Under the pieces are notes generated by a model. The model was not told the origin of the DNA. It made no database searches and was given only the letters and a program-made list of their open reading frames with translations. A DNA stretch of 64,000 nucleotides from the human T2T-CHM13v2.0 reference genome, Homo sapiens: assembly GCF_009914755.1 (NCBI RefSeq), contig NC_060927.1; one strand, 5' to 3'. Of this stretch, positions 50,839 to 64,000 are shown piece by piece (positions within the stretch are counted from its first letter, which is position 1; each line of letters opens with the position of its first letter). The position numbers and the translations under genes were made by a program.

Positions 50839-51401
50839 TATTATGTTGTACTTTCTCTAGAAAAATTCTAGAGTCTTAGCAGAGTAGGTAAGAGAAGATT
50901 CCCTCTGTGCTCTAAAGATGAAGGCAAAGCTTTACTAACCTCATGCCCACTTCTGGCAAGTTTCATAACAGAGGGTGTCCTGTAGCGGGGAGGGGTGTAC
51001 TGACAATCATGGAGTTCCAGATACTTCACTTTTGTGGTTGCTTATGTGCAGTTGACCTCCTTGTGTATTCCCCTGCCTGGCCACCCGAATGACATCCTAT
51101 GCTGTCATGGGAGTCTTGCTTACTATACACATCTAACATTCTAAATTGTAGTATTTACACTACTATTGCCATCTCTACTTTTCTGCGCTAGTGAACTACA
51201 TTTGAGTCATGGACCCATTTTTATTATGGTCAGTACTAACAACCAAAATGCATATTTGACAAATGTAAACAATGATGTCGAAATAAGGTGAAAGTATATT
51301 GATCAAGATGAGCTCTGCCCTGTTAACTGAAAGATTAGCTGGGACAAACTGACCAACACCATCCTGATAATACATGGACAAATTTTAAAAATAGAAGGAC
51401 T

Positions 51402-51693
<292 letters not shown>

Positions 51694-51829
51694 AAAATAG
51701 AGGTAACTGTGAATCACAGTTAATACTACATTTCAAATGAATGACATGACTAGATGAAATAGTTCTGTTGCTTTATATCTGAGACTGTCAAATTGCCTGT
51801 AGACCCTTGACAGTTAACCAAGCCTGATA

Positions 51830-52003
51830 AATACTGCTCCAGCCTTGGGGTACTGGAAGTGTAGTCCAGGGACCAGCAGATCAGCATCACCTGGGAGCTG
51901 GCTACAAATGCATACCCTCCAGTCCCACCCAGGGGTTCCGAATCTGTATTTTAACAGGATCCTCGGGGCATTCAAGACTCAAAGATTGAGAAGTGCTGCT
52001 CTA
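51830..52003. mobile_element. MER5A MITE
   Basis: 'ggaccagcagatcagcatcacctgggagctgg...gtattttaacaggatcc...gagaagtgctgctcta'. Confidence 0.8.
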
Positions 52004-52794
52004 GACATCCCTTTCTGATTATGATGGATAACAGGAGGGCTGACTTACTCTCTTAATAAAGAAAAGCAGCAGGTCTTTAAGGATGGCAGTAAACACCAAC
52101 TTAATTGGCAAATCCTAATTGAATCAATAATCATCTCTTCATTTCTAGCTGGTGCAGACTATGGGGTGGGGCCGGGGGACCGAAGGGGGTTCCTGGTCAA
52201 GATTTCACCAGGAAAAGGGTGCCCTTTGAAGACCCATAGCCAAGGATAACTGAGCCAGGATTGAGCCAAATTCTGATGCCGTCCTCATCTTTGGATCTGG
52301 TGTTAATGAAAAGGAGACAATTGAAAGTAATGTGGTAGATGACGTTGCATGGTCACGGGGGCTTGAAGGGAGCAGTTTTTTTTTTTCTTCTTTTGTTCAG
52401 GCAGCAGCTGTGGCTCCCTAAAATGATATCCCAAATGTGTTGCATGCCAGGGATTTAGAACTTGATGATTCACAGGTTTTGTGAGTTGGTGCTTTTATAG
52501 CCAGACAGTGGTGGCGGCAATGCATGTAGTTACAGCCTGAGGGTTCAGAACCAGAATATACACGATAGCAGCATCTTCATCACTTTGTAGCTACTTTTTA
52601 GCCGATATGCTCCTTATTGTCCCAGCAAACATGACAACACCTCTACAGTCTCAGCTTGCTCATGCTCTTGCTTTTTCCTACCAGTCCTACCTAGCTTTTG
52701 AAATCTTTATAGCCTATCCCAACTACTGGTTCTTCTAGGAAGCCTTTGATTTTCTGTAACAGATATCTCTCTCTCCTGAAAAGTCTGTCTAATT

Positions 52795-53428
52795 TAGTGG
52801 CTCTCAAACTGGCCGCACATTTTAAAATCACCTGGGAAGCTTAAAAAAAAAAAATTTAGGCCACAGCCCAGGCCAGTTAAGTCAGTCTCTGAGTGTGGGG
52901 CCTAGGCATGAGTAGTTTCTAAAGTGCTCCAGGTGAGTCCAATGTACAACTGATGCAGGATGTTTTGCTTCTTAGTTCAGCTAAATCTGGGGTCTTGTCT
53001 CACGACCAGAAAAATTAGGCACGCAGACACATTGAAGGGTGAGGAGGGCAGAATTTATTAAGGGAAAAGAACGCTGTCAGCAAAGAGAGGAGTTCTCCAA
53101 GCAGATTGCCCCCTCACAATTGAATACCAGGGCTCCCACTTGTGAGCTGAAGAGGCCAGCCTCCTCCCTTGCATAAGGTACAAATTCCTGGTGGCTCCAC
53201 ACCATCCTTCCAGTGTGCATGTGGGCCCTTAGTCTGAGCCACTCCACATTGATTTATTTCCCTTACTGCGCATGTGTTAAGGGATGGAGTTTTTCACCAT
53301 GGGCATGTTTAGGCAAGCCCCCTGTGCACAATGACCTGGGCAGGTGGGAGGTTCTCCAGGGACCCTCCCCTATCTTCCTAGGCATTTGGCTATCTTCTGC
53401 CTCTATCACAACCAGGGTGGTGAACCAG
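52795..53428. mobile_element. MER5A MITE split by an ERV1 LTR
   Basis: 'agtggctctcaaact...aatcacctgggaagctt...ccaggtgagtccaatgtacaac' resuming as 'cagggtggtgaacca'. Confidence 0.75.
52951..53408 (-). mobile_element. ERV1 solo LTR (LTR1/LTR9/LTR27-like group)
   Basis: TG...CA ends, 4-bp TSD caac, 'tgatgcaggat...cttagttcagctaaatc'; subfamily uncertain. Confidence 0.8.
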
Positions 53429-53850
53429 TACCATAATCCTTTTCCTTTTGAGCTTCCTTGTAACCCTAATTTGCTATGATTTACATAATTTTTACTTGAT
53501 CCCTATACCCATACTGAACTCCCAGAAGTCAGGAGTAGATCTTTCTCCCCTGAGTCCCCTGCAGCCTCTAGCACATTGCTCAGTGCACTTGTACACTGCT
53601 TCTCCTTCCTATCATTCACCCCACTGTGGGACCCTCATCAGGAGCTGTGTGGTTCTTGCTGCTCCCATCACCTCCATTTCTGGATTCAGGGATTAGGGGT
53701 AGGCAAAGTTAGACGTGGGTATGCTGGAGAGCCTAATGCTTCTAGGAAATTTATTAAGCAAAGTATTTTACTTTGCTAGAAAAAGTGTGCTTAATGGTAT
53801 GGATAGCTACAGACTTCTTTTTGTCTGTCCAGGAACTTTTTGTTAGAATT

Positions 53851-54270
53851 ATCTACTGCTACATAACAAACTACCCCCAAATTTAGTGGCTTAAGACAAT
53901 AGTAAACATTTATTTCATGTAGTTTCTGTGGCTCAGGGATCTAGGGGCTGCTTAACTGGGTGACTCTGGCTCAGGGTCTCTCACAAAGATGCAGTTACAA
54001 GATCAAATAGGGCTATAGTCATCTGAAGGCCAGACTGGGTGGAGGACTCACTTCCAAGGTGTCTCACTCACATGGCTGACAAGTTGCTGCTAGCTGTTGG
54101 CGAAAGGCCTCAATTTCCTGCCACATGAACTCCACGTGACTACTTGAATGGTTTCTCCCAGAGTGAAGATCCAAGAAAGCAAGGCGGAAGCTGAAATGTG
54201 TTTTATAATTATGAACCATTATCTCCATGTATCCTATTAGCTACACAGGTTAACGCGGGAGGGAGCAACA
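53851..54270 (-). mobile_element. MLT1E/F-like LTR
   Basis: 'ataacaaactacccccaaatttagtggcttaa...ggctcagggtctctcac...cttccaagg'. Confidence 0.7.
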
Positions 54271-54949
54271 CAAAAGACTTGATGTTTGCTCACTGCAGGA
54301 GCCACGGATGAAAGGGTTCTGCTTGATCCTCCAGAGGATGGGCATGTGCTGTAGGCTGGCAGGCCGAGTAACTGCCTCTGGGTGAATATGACTGGTGCAG
54401 AGGTGGGCAAGTGACCCAAGTGGCCAATCACTGTAGTCCTAGGATTTTGCCAGGGCAATAGGGAGAAAGCTACCCCATGGTCTCGTAGTTTGGGGATTAT
54501 TAACTCTAAGAATAATGAAAGCTTGGAGCTGCTCATGGACATCTTTGCCATTGCATTGAACCTTTTGAGAATGAAGCCAAAATGGAGAACAGAGAGAGGC
54601 ACAGCATCTGATGACCTGGTTTGGGTCTATAAAGACCCAATTCAGCTGTACCAAAGCTAACTTCCTAAACTTGTAACTTATGCAAGCAAAGAATTTCTTC
54701 AGTTAGACTGATTTTGATTTCTGCCTCTTAGTATCAAATGAGTCTTGGCTAACCCAGGCCTGGAGGTCTGGGGCCTCCTTGCTCACTCTAGGCCACTGTC
54801 CTCTCTTCTGTGTGTGGCCATTCTTCAGTCTCTGGTCTGACCAGTGTAAACTCTGTAAACCTAGGGTACATCTACCTAGTTCCCTGCCCCAATGCTGGGG
54901 CATTAAGTGTTCTTAGTGCATATTGACAGAATTGTGGTAAATTTTCTTG

Positions 54950-55150
54950 CAGCCTCGTATAGTGGGGAAAAAATTGTGGTCTTTGGAGCTATACAGTCCT
55001 GGGTATAAAACCTCCTCTGTCATTAATCAACTGTGATCTTAGGCCAAGTGCTTAATGTTTCTCCCAGGTTGTGTACATAAAGAAGGGCTTGTAATCTGAT
55101 GTTCCCAGGGTGGTTGTGAGGATGAAATGAGATCATATGTGGAAAAGTGA
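54950..55150 (+). mobile_element. MIR SINE
   Basis: 'ctttggagct...ctgtgatcttaggccaagt...gggtggttgtgaggatgaaatgag'. Confidence 0.7.
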
Positions 55151-57277
55151 GGCCCATATCAAAGGCTGAACTAAAATTTTTTTCTCTTACCATTTTTCAT
55201 TTCCCCTTCTAGAGATAGTAGCTGAATGCTACCTAGTCAGGACTTAATTCAATTCTGCTTAATCAGCATATTCTGAACACTTGCCATCTGCTAGATGACT
55301 AGATAATGGGGTGTCAGGAAGGGTGACTTGATAATTTTGCTTAACTGAGCACTGCCTGTAGACCAAGCATGGGATTGATGAGTTTCACAGTATGACTCTG
55401 TATTGCTTTTGGCCACATTATGAAGTAGGGGGCATTTGAATCTTGTTCCTTACATTAGGTTCTTGCTGAGGTGCTCTTCTCCCACTGACCAGTTCCCAGT
55501 GGGGAGTGGGGCATGCAGGAGGATGCAGCTAGACAGAGACACTGGCCACTGTAGTGTTGCCTTGAGATAGTCCAGTCCCTCCTTTACCTATAGCCTTGCT
55601 TATTGGAGCTCCCCTTTCTTCCCCACTCATTGCTAAAACTAATCAATCTGTGTGATGAGGTGGGTCATCATGTCTGCAAATTAATGTACTTTCTGGACTC
55701 TGTTATTGCTCCTCTGTCCCATCTTCATTTATCCCATTAATGATGCCAACATCAGCAATTCCTCACCTTGATTATCAGCAGTACATTTTAAGGGTTTAAT
55801 AAATGTTTGTTGAACAGAATGGATGACAGGTTGATGACAATATTTGAGAGGCATCTGGAACCTTCCAAATTAAATAGGCAAACATCTTCCTTGAACTGCC
55901 TGTACACCTAGCCTAACAGCTGCCCTGCCATGAATAATGAATGTACTTGAATGCTTCAAATGCTTCAAGTACTCCAAGATTTTGCTTCAGGGCCATCCTT
56001 ATGAACATCAGTTCTCCTTGAACTGTGCTATTGATAGAGAAGGGGCAGGAGACTGGATCAAACTATAAGTAAATAAAGATACAGCATGGAATGTGGTTTT
56101 AAGAAACAAATTCCTGGAATGTTCCTTTCAAAAACATTTGAATTCATCAAATCTACTTGTTTTATTTTTGTGAACATTCTTTTTACAGTCTTCACCCTGC
56201 CCTAATCTGAAGGGTGGGAGAGGGAGAGATTTATTGCGAGGAATTGGTGGCTTATGTGATTGTGAGGACTAATGAGGCAAGTTTGGTATCTGTAGGGCAG
56301 GCCATCAGAAAGCGCAGGCTGGAACTCTCTGGCATGAGCTGAAGCTGCTGTCCAGAGGTGGAATTTCTCTTTCTTCCCAGAAATCTCCATTCTGTTCTCA
56401 CAGCCTTTCAACTGATTGAATCAGGTCTACCCAGATTATCTGGCATAATCTTCTTAAAGTCAACTATTTATGAACATTAATCTTATCTACAAAGTATACC
56501 TCCACAGCAACACCCAGATGAGTGTTTGATTGAATAGCTGGGGACTATATCTTAGCCAAATTCACACATAAAAATGGCCACGATAGGCCACACTTGTCAA
56601 CCTGGCACCCATATACGTCTCATTAAATCACATTTAATCTCCAAATAAAGACAATAACAAAGTCATACTTCCTCTTACTGCTACAAGTATCCTGCATACA
56701 ACTGAAAACACATAACCTTTCTCCAAAAGAGAATCAAAGTTCTTACATAATTTTCATTTTCTTTGGATTTTCTATAACTTATTACTGTGATATAACTACT
56801 AATATATCTTATGTTAGATGATGGCATAAGAGAGGGAAGAAAACAAAAATATTTGCATAACATATATATTCATAACAAAATAAGAAATAACCGTTAAAGT
56901 CCTCATTTCTGCAACTGGTCATGTTGTTGTAGCTGGTGTTTATAATTACCTTTTTCCACTATCTATTCCATATTCTATTTGCACTTAGCTAGTTGTGGTT
57001 CTTGGGCCCACAGACGAACCCAAAACTTCTATCTAGCCAGCAGCTTCCAGATAATGGGGAACAGAAGACCAGTGAATTCCTTGAGCATGAGCCTATTTTT
57101 GTACTTCATTTGCTGTGAAGTGAGTTCCTTGATCAGAAGCAATGCTGTGTGGAATACCATGATGGTGGATAAGACATTCCATAAGTCCATGGATGGTAGT
57201 TTTGGCAGAAGCATTGCTTTCAAGGGAAGGCAAATCAATATCCAAGCAAGTAACTGTTCCAATAAGAACACAGTGCT

Positions 57278-57627
<350 letters not shown>

Positions 57628-58693
57628 TCAGATCACCTTGTTGAATGGTGCCATATTAGGGATTTGGTGTTGGTCTCTGCTGCTGGCAGAATGGGCACTC
57701 AGCAGTGATTGTGGCCTGGTTGGCCTTGGTGAGTGAAAGTCCATGTTGCTGAGCCCATGCAGAACCTCTGTCCCTCTACCACCATGGCTACTTTGTTCAT
57801 GGGATCACTGGCCAGGCCAGTGGCTGGGGAAAGAGACTGAATGGTATACACAGAAGGGGTCACTCTTTTTGCTTGACTATTAAAATCCACCTCTGCCAAG
57901 GTCATTATTTCATGAGCATTCACATGGGACACAAGTATCTTTATAATCTTTGTACATTCAGAGAGGTCTATTCACATACCTTTTTCTCCGACTTCCTTGT
58001 CTCCATTTTCCAGTCATGATCTTTAACTCTTGACCAGCCAAAGCACTGGCCACAGCCTATAAATTAGCATAGACCCTTAACATCTGGCTGTTTCTCCTTC
58101 CAAACAAAATGAACAACCAGGTGCACTGTGCACTGGGATTCCTCTTGAGCGCTGTCCTTTAGGAATGTTCCAGAAAGACTGTAGTGCTGTGATTTTCCAC
58201 TTTTGGGTGGTACCCGCATATGCAGAACTGTTTGTAGGTCAGATTTGAGTTTTCTTTTCCTCAGGCAACTGCTCCTGTGGAACTCCCCATGAGGCTATAT
58301 GTGCAGGCTGGGAGAGAAAAGGTAAAAAATAATAGCAGAAACACTATGGACATTTGGGCTACTTCCTCATGTAAATTATACATGCTTTCATGTAAATTAC
58401 ACATGCCTGCGAGAGCCCGATCTCTTATATATACCATTTCCATTTAATTATGGAGTACTGCTGTATAGGCTCATCTTTATGTTTTGGTGGGTCAGATAAC
58501 ATCCTGTTCATTATGGGCAGTTCAGATCACATGGCAACTTTGTGGTCCATGGTTAAGTATTCAGTCTCTACTAAGGCCAAGTAGCAGGCCATGAGTTGCT
58601 TCTCAAAAGGGGAATAGTTATCTGTAAAGGCTGGTAGCGCTTTGCTCCCACATTCTAAGGCTCTGTACTATGATTTATCTAAAGTGACTGAGT

Positions 58694-58987
58694 GCTGGGT
58701 GCAATGGCTCACGCCTATAATCTCAGCACTTTGGGAGTCTGAGGCGGGTGGATCACTTGAGGTCAGGAGTTTGGGACCAGCATGGCCAACAAGGTGAAAC
58801 CCCATCTCTACTAAAAATACAAAGATTAGCCAAGTGTGGTGGCAGGCACCTGTAATCCCAGCTACTCTGGAGGCTGAGGCAGGAGATTCGCCTGGACCTG
58901 GGAGGCTGAGGTGGCAGTGAGCCAAGATTATACCATTTCACTCCAGACTGGGTGGCAGAGTGAGACTATCTCAAGAAAAAAAAAAAA
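58694..58987 (+). mobile_element. AluSx-like in HERV-L pol
   Basis: Full dimer with poly(A). Confidence 0.95.
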
Positions 58988-59163
58988 GGTGCCCTACCAC
59001 AGACTTTCAACAGCATCTCAATTTCTACTCCAGTTTCAAGTACCATCAGATCTGCTGGATCATGTCCAAATGTTAGAGCAGTTTGCACTGCACCGTGGAT
59101 CTGTTGCAGAGCCTTCTTTTGTTCTGGGCCCCACTCAAAACTAGAAAGATTTCAGGTCACTTT

Positions 59164-59605
59164 GTGTATTGGTTTTCTAGGACAGTTGTAAAAAATTACC
59201 ATGAACCAGGTAGCTTAAAACAATAGAAACTTAATCTCTCATTGTCTTAGAGGCCATAGTCTGAAATTAAGGTGTTTGCAGGGTTGCTTCCTTCTGGAGG
59301 CTTTGAGGGAAAATCTGTTCCATGCCTCTCTTCTAGCTTCTGGTGGGTTGTAGCAATCCTTGTTGTTCATGGGCTTATAGCTGCATTATTCCAATCTCTT
59401 CTTTAATTGTCACATGGCCTTCTTTCCTGTGTGTGTGTGTGTCTTTCTCTCTCCTTATAAGGATACCAGTCATTTGATTTAGGGTCCATTCTAATCCAGT
59501 AAACCTCGTCTTAACTTGATTCCATCTTCAAAAGCTTTATTTACAAGTAATGTCACATTCATAGGTACCATATTTTTTTGGGGGGTGGGGGTGGGGGGAC
59601 ACAAC
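59164..59605 (-). mobile_element. MLT1B/C LTR nested in HERV-L pol
   Basis: 'gcttaaaacaatagaaac...ttccttctggaggc...tataaggataccagtcatt...gtcacattc'. Confidence 0.8.
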
Positions 59606-60154
59606 CTTGGTAAATGAGCGAGAGTAGCAAATGAAGAATAAGTTGCCTCAAATTTAAAGCCACTATGCATCATGCCTTTTCTGGTTATAGGAGGGCAGAT
59701 GCCACAGCTTATTCTTCACCTTAGAGGGGACATCTCAACATGCCCATACCACTGGCAATTTCGCTGGGGTTGAAGGCCCCTTCATTTTTGTCAGAATTAT
59801 TTCCCAACCTCTGACATGCAAATAAATATCTTCCGGTATGTCTAGAGTAATTGCTGCTACTTCTCGTGAGGTCCAAGTAACATCAATGTAATGGACCAGG
59901 CATGATGGTTTGAAGGGAAAAGTGATCAAGGTCCCTAAGGACTAAATTATGCCCTAGGGCTGGAAAGTTGACATATACCTCGGAAGCAGGAGAGTGAAAG
60001 TGTATTGCTAGTTTTGCTAGCTGAAAGCAAACTGTTTGGGTGGTTTTTACTAACAGGTATCGAGGAAAAATGCATTTGCCAGATTGATAGCTGCGTGCCA
60101 GGTACCAGAGGATATGATAATTTGCTCAAACTGGCCATTGCAGCTGAGAAGTAG

Positions 60155-60828
60155 TGTTACAGGTAGAGGCGTGAGTGGGGCGGGAGAGGGTTCTCCCCGT
60201 ACCCACTAGAAATGTTGGGTGATGATGTGACCTTTATCACATTGCCTCTCTAAAAATGATAATTCTGCAGCCAGGGAGAGACAATCTCCTGATGGTCCAC
60301 GCCTGTTAACATTAAAAGTGTTAATTGAATACAGGCTCCAGGGAGAAACAACTCCTGGGCATGTGTGTTAAGAGACAAAAATGAGTAAAGTGTGATCTTC
60401 CAGGGGCTAGCTCCACCTGAAAAAGGAAGAAAGCCTCAGATGGGCATGCGTCTAACTCCCTAAACACACTGCACGTGCTCACTTCCCAAGGGTAAGGAGG
60501 GCTCTGCACATGCAGGCTGCCCACCCTAAGGGAAGAATCATGGGAAAGACGTGAGCTTATAAAAGTCCTAGGATCAGGATTAAACGGGGCACTTGACCTT
60601 CTTCTTTAACCTTCACGTGCCCGCTTGTAACTTCCTTTTTCTCCCGTTCTAAGACCTTTTAAAATAAACTTCCATTCCTGCTCTGGAACTTGCCTTGGTC
60701 TCTTTTTCTGCGTTATGGCCCTCAGTTAAATTCATTCTTCTGAGGAGGCAAGGACTGAAGTTTTTACAGCCCCTTATAGATAGGTCACTGGTAACTTGGG
60801 GTTACTCAGATCTTTTCCACTGGTGACA
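60155..60828 (+). mobile_element. MER50-like ERV1 solo LTR
   Basis: TG...CA ends, 4-bp TSD gtag, TATA 'cttataaaag' and AATAAA; 'cctgttaacattaaaagtgttaattgaat'. Confidence 0.85.
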
Positions 60829-60859
60829 GTAGGGCAGGTGTGTAAGGCCACAGGCACAA

Positions 60860-61450
60860 CAACAGCAGAAATCAACATTTCTGATTTCCTCCAATCTGTT
60901 CTCTCAATTCCTGTTTAGTGAGTGAAATCATCAATCATCTAGACCTTAAACTTGGGGTAATTCTGAGCCTTTCCATCTTCCTTAACTTCCATATGCAATC
61001 AGTTACCAACTTTGTAAATTTAATTCTGAAACTTATCTAGCACCTGTCTTCTCCATCCTACCTGATACTGCCTTAGTTGCATCTCTTGTCACCTCTCTCT
61101 TGGGATATTGCACTGCCGCTGGTCTTACTAGCACCCCTTCTCCTGACAACCCATGTAGTTATATTCTTTGCCTAAAAGATTTCAATAGCTCCCCATTCTC
61201 ACAGGATTGTGGCCCAGACTCGTGTGGAATAGCTTATAGGTCCTCTAAGATGCCAGGCTGCTTCCTTCAACTGGAAGGCCTTCACTGTACTCTAGTGATC
61301 CAGCCCCACCTCCTGCCCCACAGACCAGCACCAATCATGTCTCCTTATCTTTCAAAAACTCTTATCTTTCAAGACTTCACTCAAATGTGGCTACTTTGAA
61401 GTGTTTCTTGACCATGCCTCTTCCTCCTTTCCCCTCTCCCATCTTGAAGG
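60860..61450 (+). mobile_element. L2 remnant
   Basis: 'ccatatgcaatcagttaccaac', 'ttcaatagctccccatt', 'ctcaaatgtggctact'. Confidence 0.55.
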
Positions 61451-61559
61451 CAGGACAGCCCTCAGAATAGACATCTTCTTTCATGGGTCCTCCTTATTTA
61501 GACAGAATTCCGCAAGTGTCCATATTAATCATTTACATTTTTCATACCTTTAAATTGAT

Positions 61560-63250
61560 TTTAATAAGCAGAGAACACATGCATATAGTATTGTTGTAGA
61601 AAATTAAAGTAATACAGATAAACCAAAAAGCATTCTTGATCTAGTTTTCCTAATCCTACACTGTTTGCTAATTAGACTATTATTCCAGGCTGTTTTTTCA
61701 CTAACACATCTTGGAAATATTGCCTTGTAAGTGCATGCATATAGACCCATTTCTGTAGAGTATAATTGCCACAGAGTATTCCCTAGTATTGGTGCTCTGT
61801 CATTTACTTAACTCTTCTTCTATTAATGAATATTTTTTTTTCCTCCCAGTTATTTAAGCTGACAGGAGTTTCATCTCATTTCCATCTGGTATGTCATAAT
61901 TCTCTCCCTTCTCTCCTAGTGTTTTGCAGTAACAAACAGTGCCCCAGTGAATATTGTTTTGTACACCTTCTTATGTATAAATGCCAAGGACTTATTTTGT
62001 GGAGATACCTAAAAGTAGAAATTCCGGATAGAAGATGTACATATTTAATTCTACATATTCTTGGCACATTTTTGTACTTGGTAGTTTTTTCTCTTCTCAT
62101 ACGTTGGTAAGAGTTCTTTGTATATTCTGAGGAATACTCCTCAGTCTGATATACAACACAAAGTGTGTATACATATTTTTCTCTAATCTTGCTTTAAAAT
62201 TTGGTTTATTGTGTCTTTTGTCCTGTTTCATATTTTTATGTAGTGAATTTATTGTTTACGGTTTGCATCTGTCTTAGGAAGACTGTCCATATGCCAAGAT
62301 TTACATATTTTTTTTTTTGTTTAGCAGTTTATATTACTTTGAATTTAGTTTTGTATATGTTAGAGGTTATTACCTACTTTTCTTTATTTTTCCAAATTGA
62401 TAGTCAGTTGGCCCATTAATTCCTACCCCAAATTGAAATGCCATTTTTATTAACTAAGTTTCTAAATATAGAAATTCATGGGTCTGTTTCTGTACCTCGT
62501 ATTAGGTTTTTCTTCATCTTATTGCTTATTTCTGGGTCAATACTACACTGTTCTAGTTATTAGAGCTTTATCATATATTTTGCTATCTAATAAGAAATCA
62601 TTCTTTTTTTAGCTGTCTTCTACTAGATGTTTGATGGATGGGACTGAGTCATTTGTCTGAATTTCAAGACTTTTTATATAGTTCGCATCTGTGTATGTTA
62701 GATGATATAAATAAATAACCCAGAAGCTATTGGTGCTGCCCTTTGTATTTTCAGGATCTCTGAAAGTTTATGATAAAAATAACAGCTTTTCAGGTTTTTA
62801 CTCCTTTGATAGCTTAGTACTTGGAATGAGTTATTTCATAGGAATCTTATTTATTCAGAACCAAATTAAATAATGCATATGTGATGTACAAAGCTCAAAA
62901 GGTACAAAAGAGAACAGTCAGGTCCCCTAGTTCTTAAAAGGCAGTGATATTACCAGTTCCTTATTTAACCTGCTAGAATGGTCGCGCATTATTCATCCTG
63001 TTCTGCAACTTGATGTTTTCATTTAACAATAACGTCTTGGAAATCATTCCATATCAGCACATATGCTGTTTTATAAAATGGCTGTGCTATGATTTACTTA
63101 ACCTTATGGCAATTCATTTGTTTTAGTAGAATACCTTTCATATGTATACTTTGTGGCACATCTAGAATAAAAGTTCTGCCCATGAAATTGTTGGGTCAAA
63201 GGGTATTTAAAATTTCAGCTTTGATTTACATTAAATTGCCCTCTAAAAAA
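61560..63250 (-). mobile_element. Old L1M/L1ME 3' fragments
   Basis: T-rich, 'ggtaagagttctttgtatattctg', 'gggtctgtttctg', 'gaaattgttgggtcaaagggtat'. Confidence 0.65.
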
Positions 63251-64000
63251 TTCCTTGAAATGTCATGAATGAAGACCCTGATGTCACTTGCTACCAGGCT
63301 TCAGACTTGCTCAGACATGCCCAAGTACCACAGGGAACACCATAGAGGCCGTAGCTGGGAGCCCGGTAGAGGAAGTGAGTGGAAGTATGTGTGCATGCAC
63401 CCATGAATGTGTGTATGATATACATGATAGGAAGTTCAGGGAAGACCTGTAAGTCAATGAATTAGAGTCCTGCTTAAAGCTCTAGTGATGAGTAGAAGCA
63501 TTAGTGGTTTGCATAAGGCTCTTTTACCTTTATTATTCATTAAAACTGGCAGTAAATAATAGGTTTGAATTTCACAGTCCTGATGCTAATCAAAGCACAG
63601 AGCATTTCTTAACATCATAAATTATTACCCTTACAATAGGAGCATAAAGGGAATTTGGTTTTATGAATTGCTAACTGGGACACTAGCCTCTGTTTGGCTC
63701 TTGGACTGACATAGAGGGAAGAGGGCTGGTAATCACATCACGAAACTGGAACACTGTCTTACAGGTTGGGTGGGGCACAGTTTACTCTCAGTTTCTTGTA
63801 TCGTACCTACCTGAAGTTGGCTGGGATACCTGAAACAGCCCAGATTAAATAGGCAGTCATTGTCCACATTAGCAACAGCTCATGATGTTCAGAGGGAAAG
63901 AGATTTTTGTTTCTAAGTAGGAAGAGGGCTTTGCCTGTGGGGCAGGAGGCTATTTTTGCTACACCATCTTAGCAAGTTGGTGCTAGTTTTAGATTGTGTA

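Noticed and set aside
55943-55972. 9-bp inverted repeat gtacttgaa...ttcaagtac
   Set aside because: Too short to distinguish from chance.

Overview
This is primate (most likely human) non-coding genomic DNA: AT-rich and dominated by interspersed repeats. These include at least 11 Alus, a young 5'-truncated L1PA2/3, old L1M/L2/MIR/CR1 fragments, many MaLR LTRs, two degenerate ERV-L proviruses, ERV1 solo LTRs and hAT/Tigger MITEs. I can support no intact protein-coding gene; the ORF track is explained by chance ORFs and repeat remnants. The standout structure lies at 26726-27946. There, an L1 insertion's target-site sequence occurs three times, and its 5' junction carries a 229-bp inverted copy of the adjacent flank. 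This creates a near-perfect palindrome (3 mismatches, 19-nt spacer) over a GC/CpG-rich, ETS-site-containing segment. A second, smaller fold-back (32-bp direct repeat plus a 23-bp perfect hairpin) sits at 44219-44308. Sequence motifs suggest a minus-strand TATA/Inr/ARE promoter near 6586 with possible exons, but this is inference. Repeat subfamily names and most boundaries were judged by eye against remembered consensus sequences and are approximate unless a TSD is quoted.
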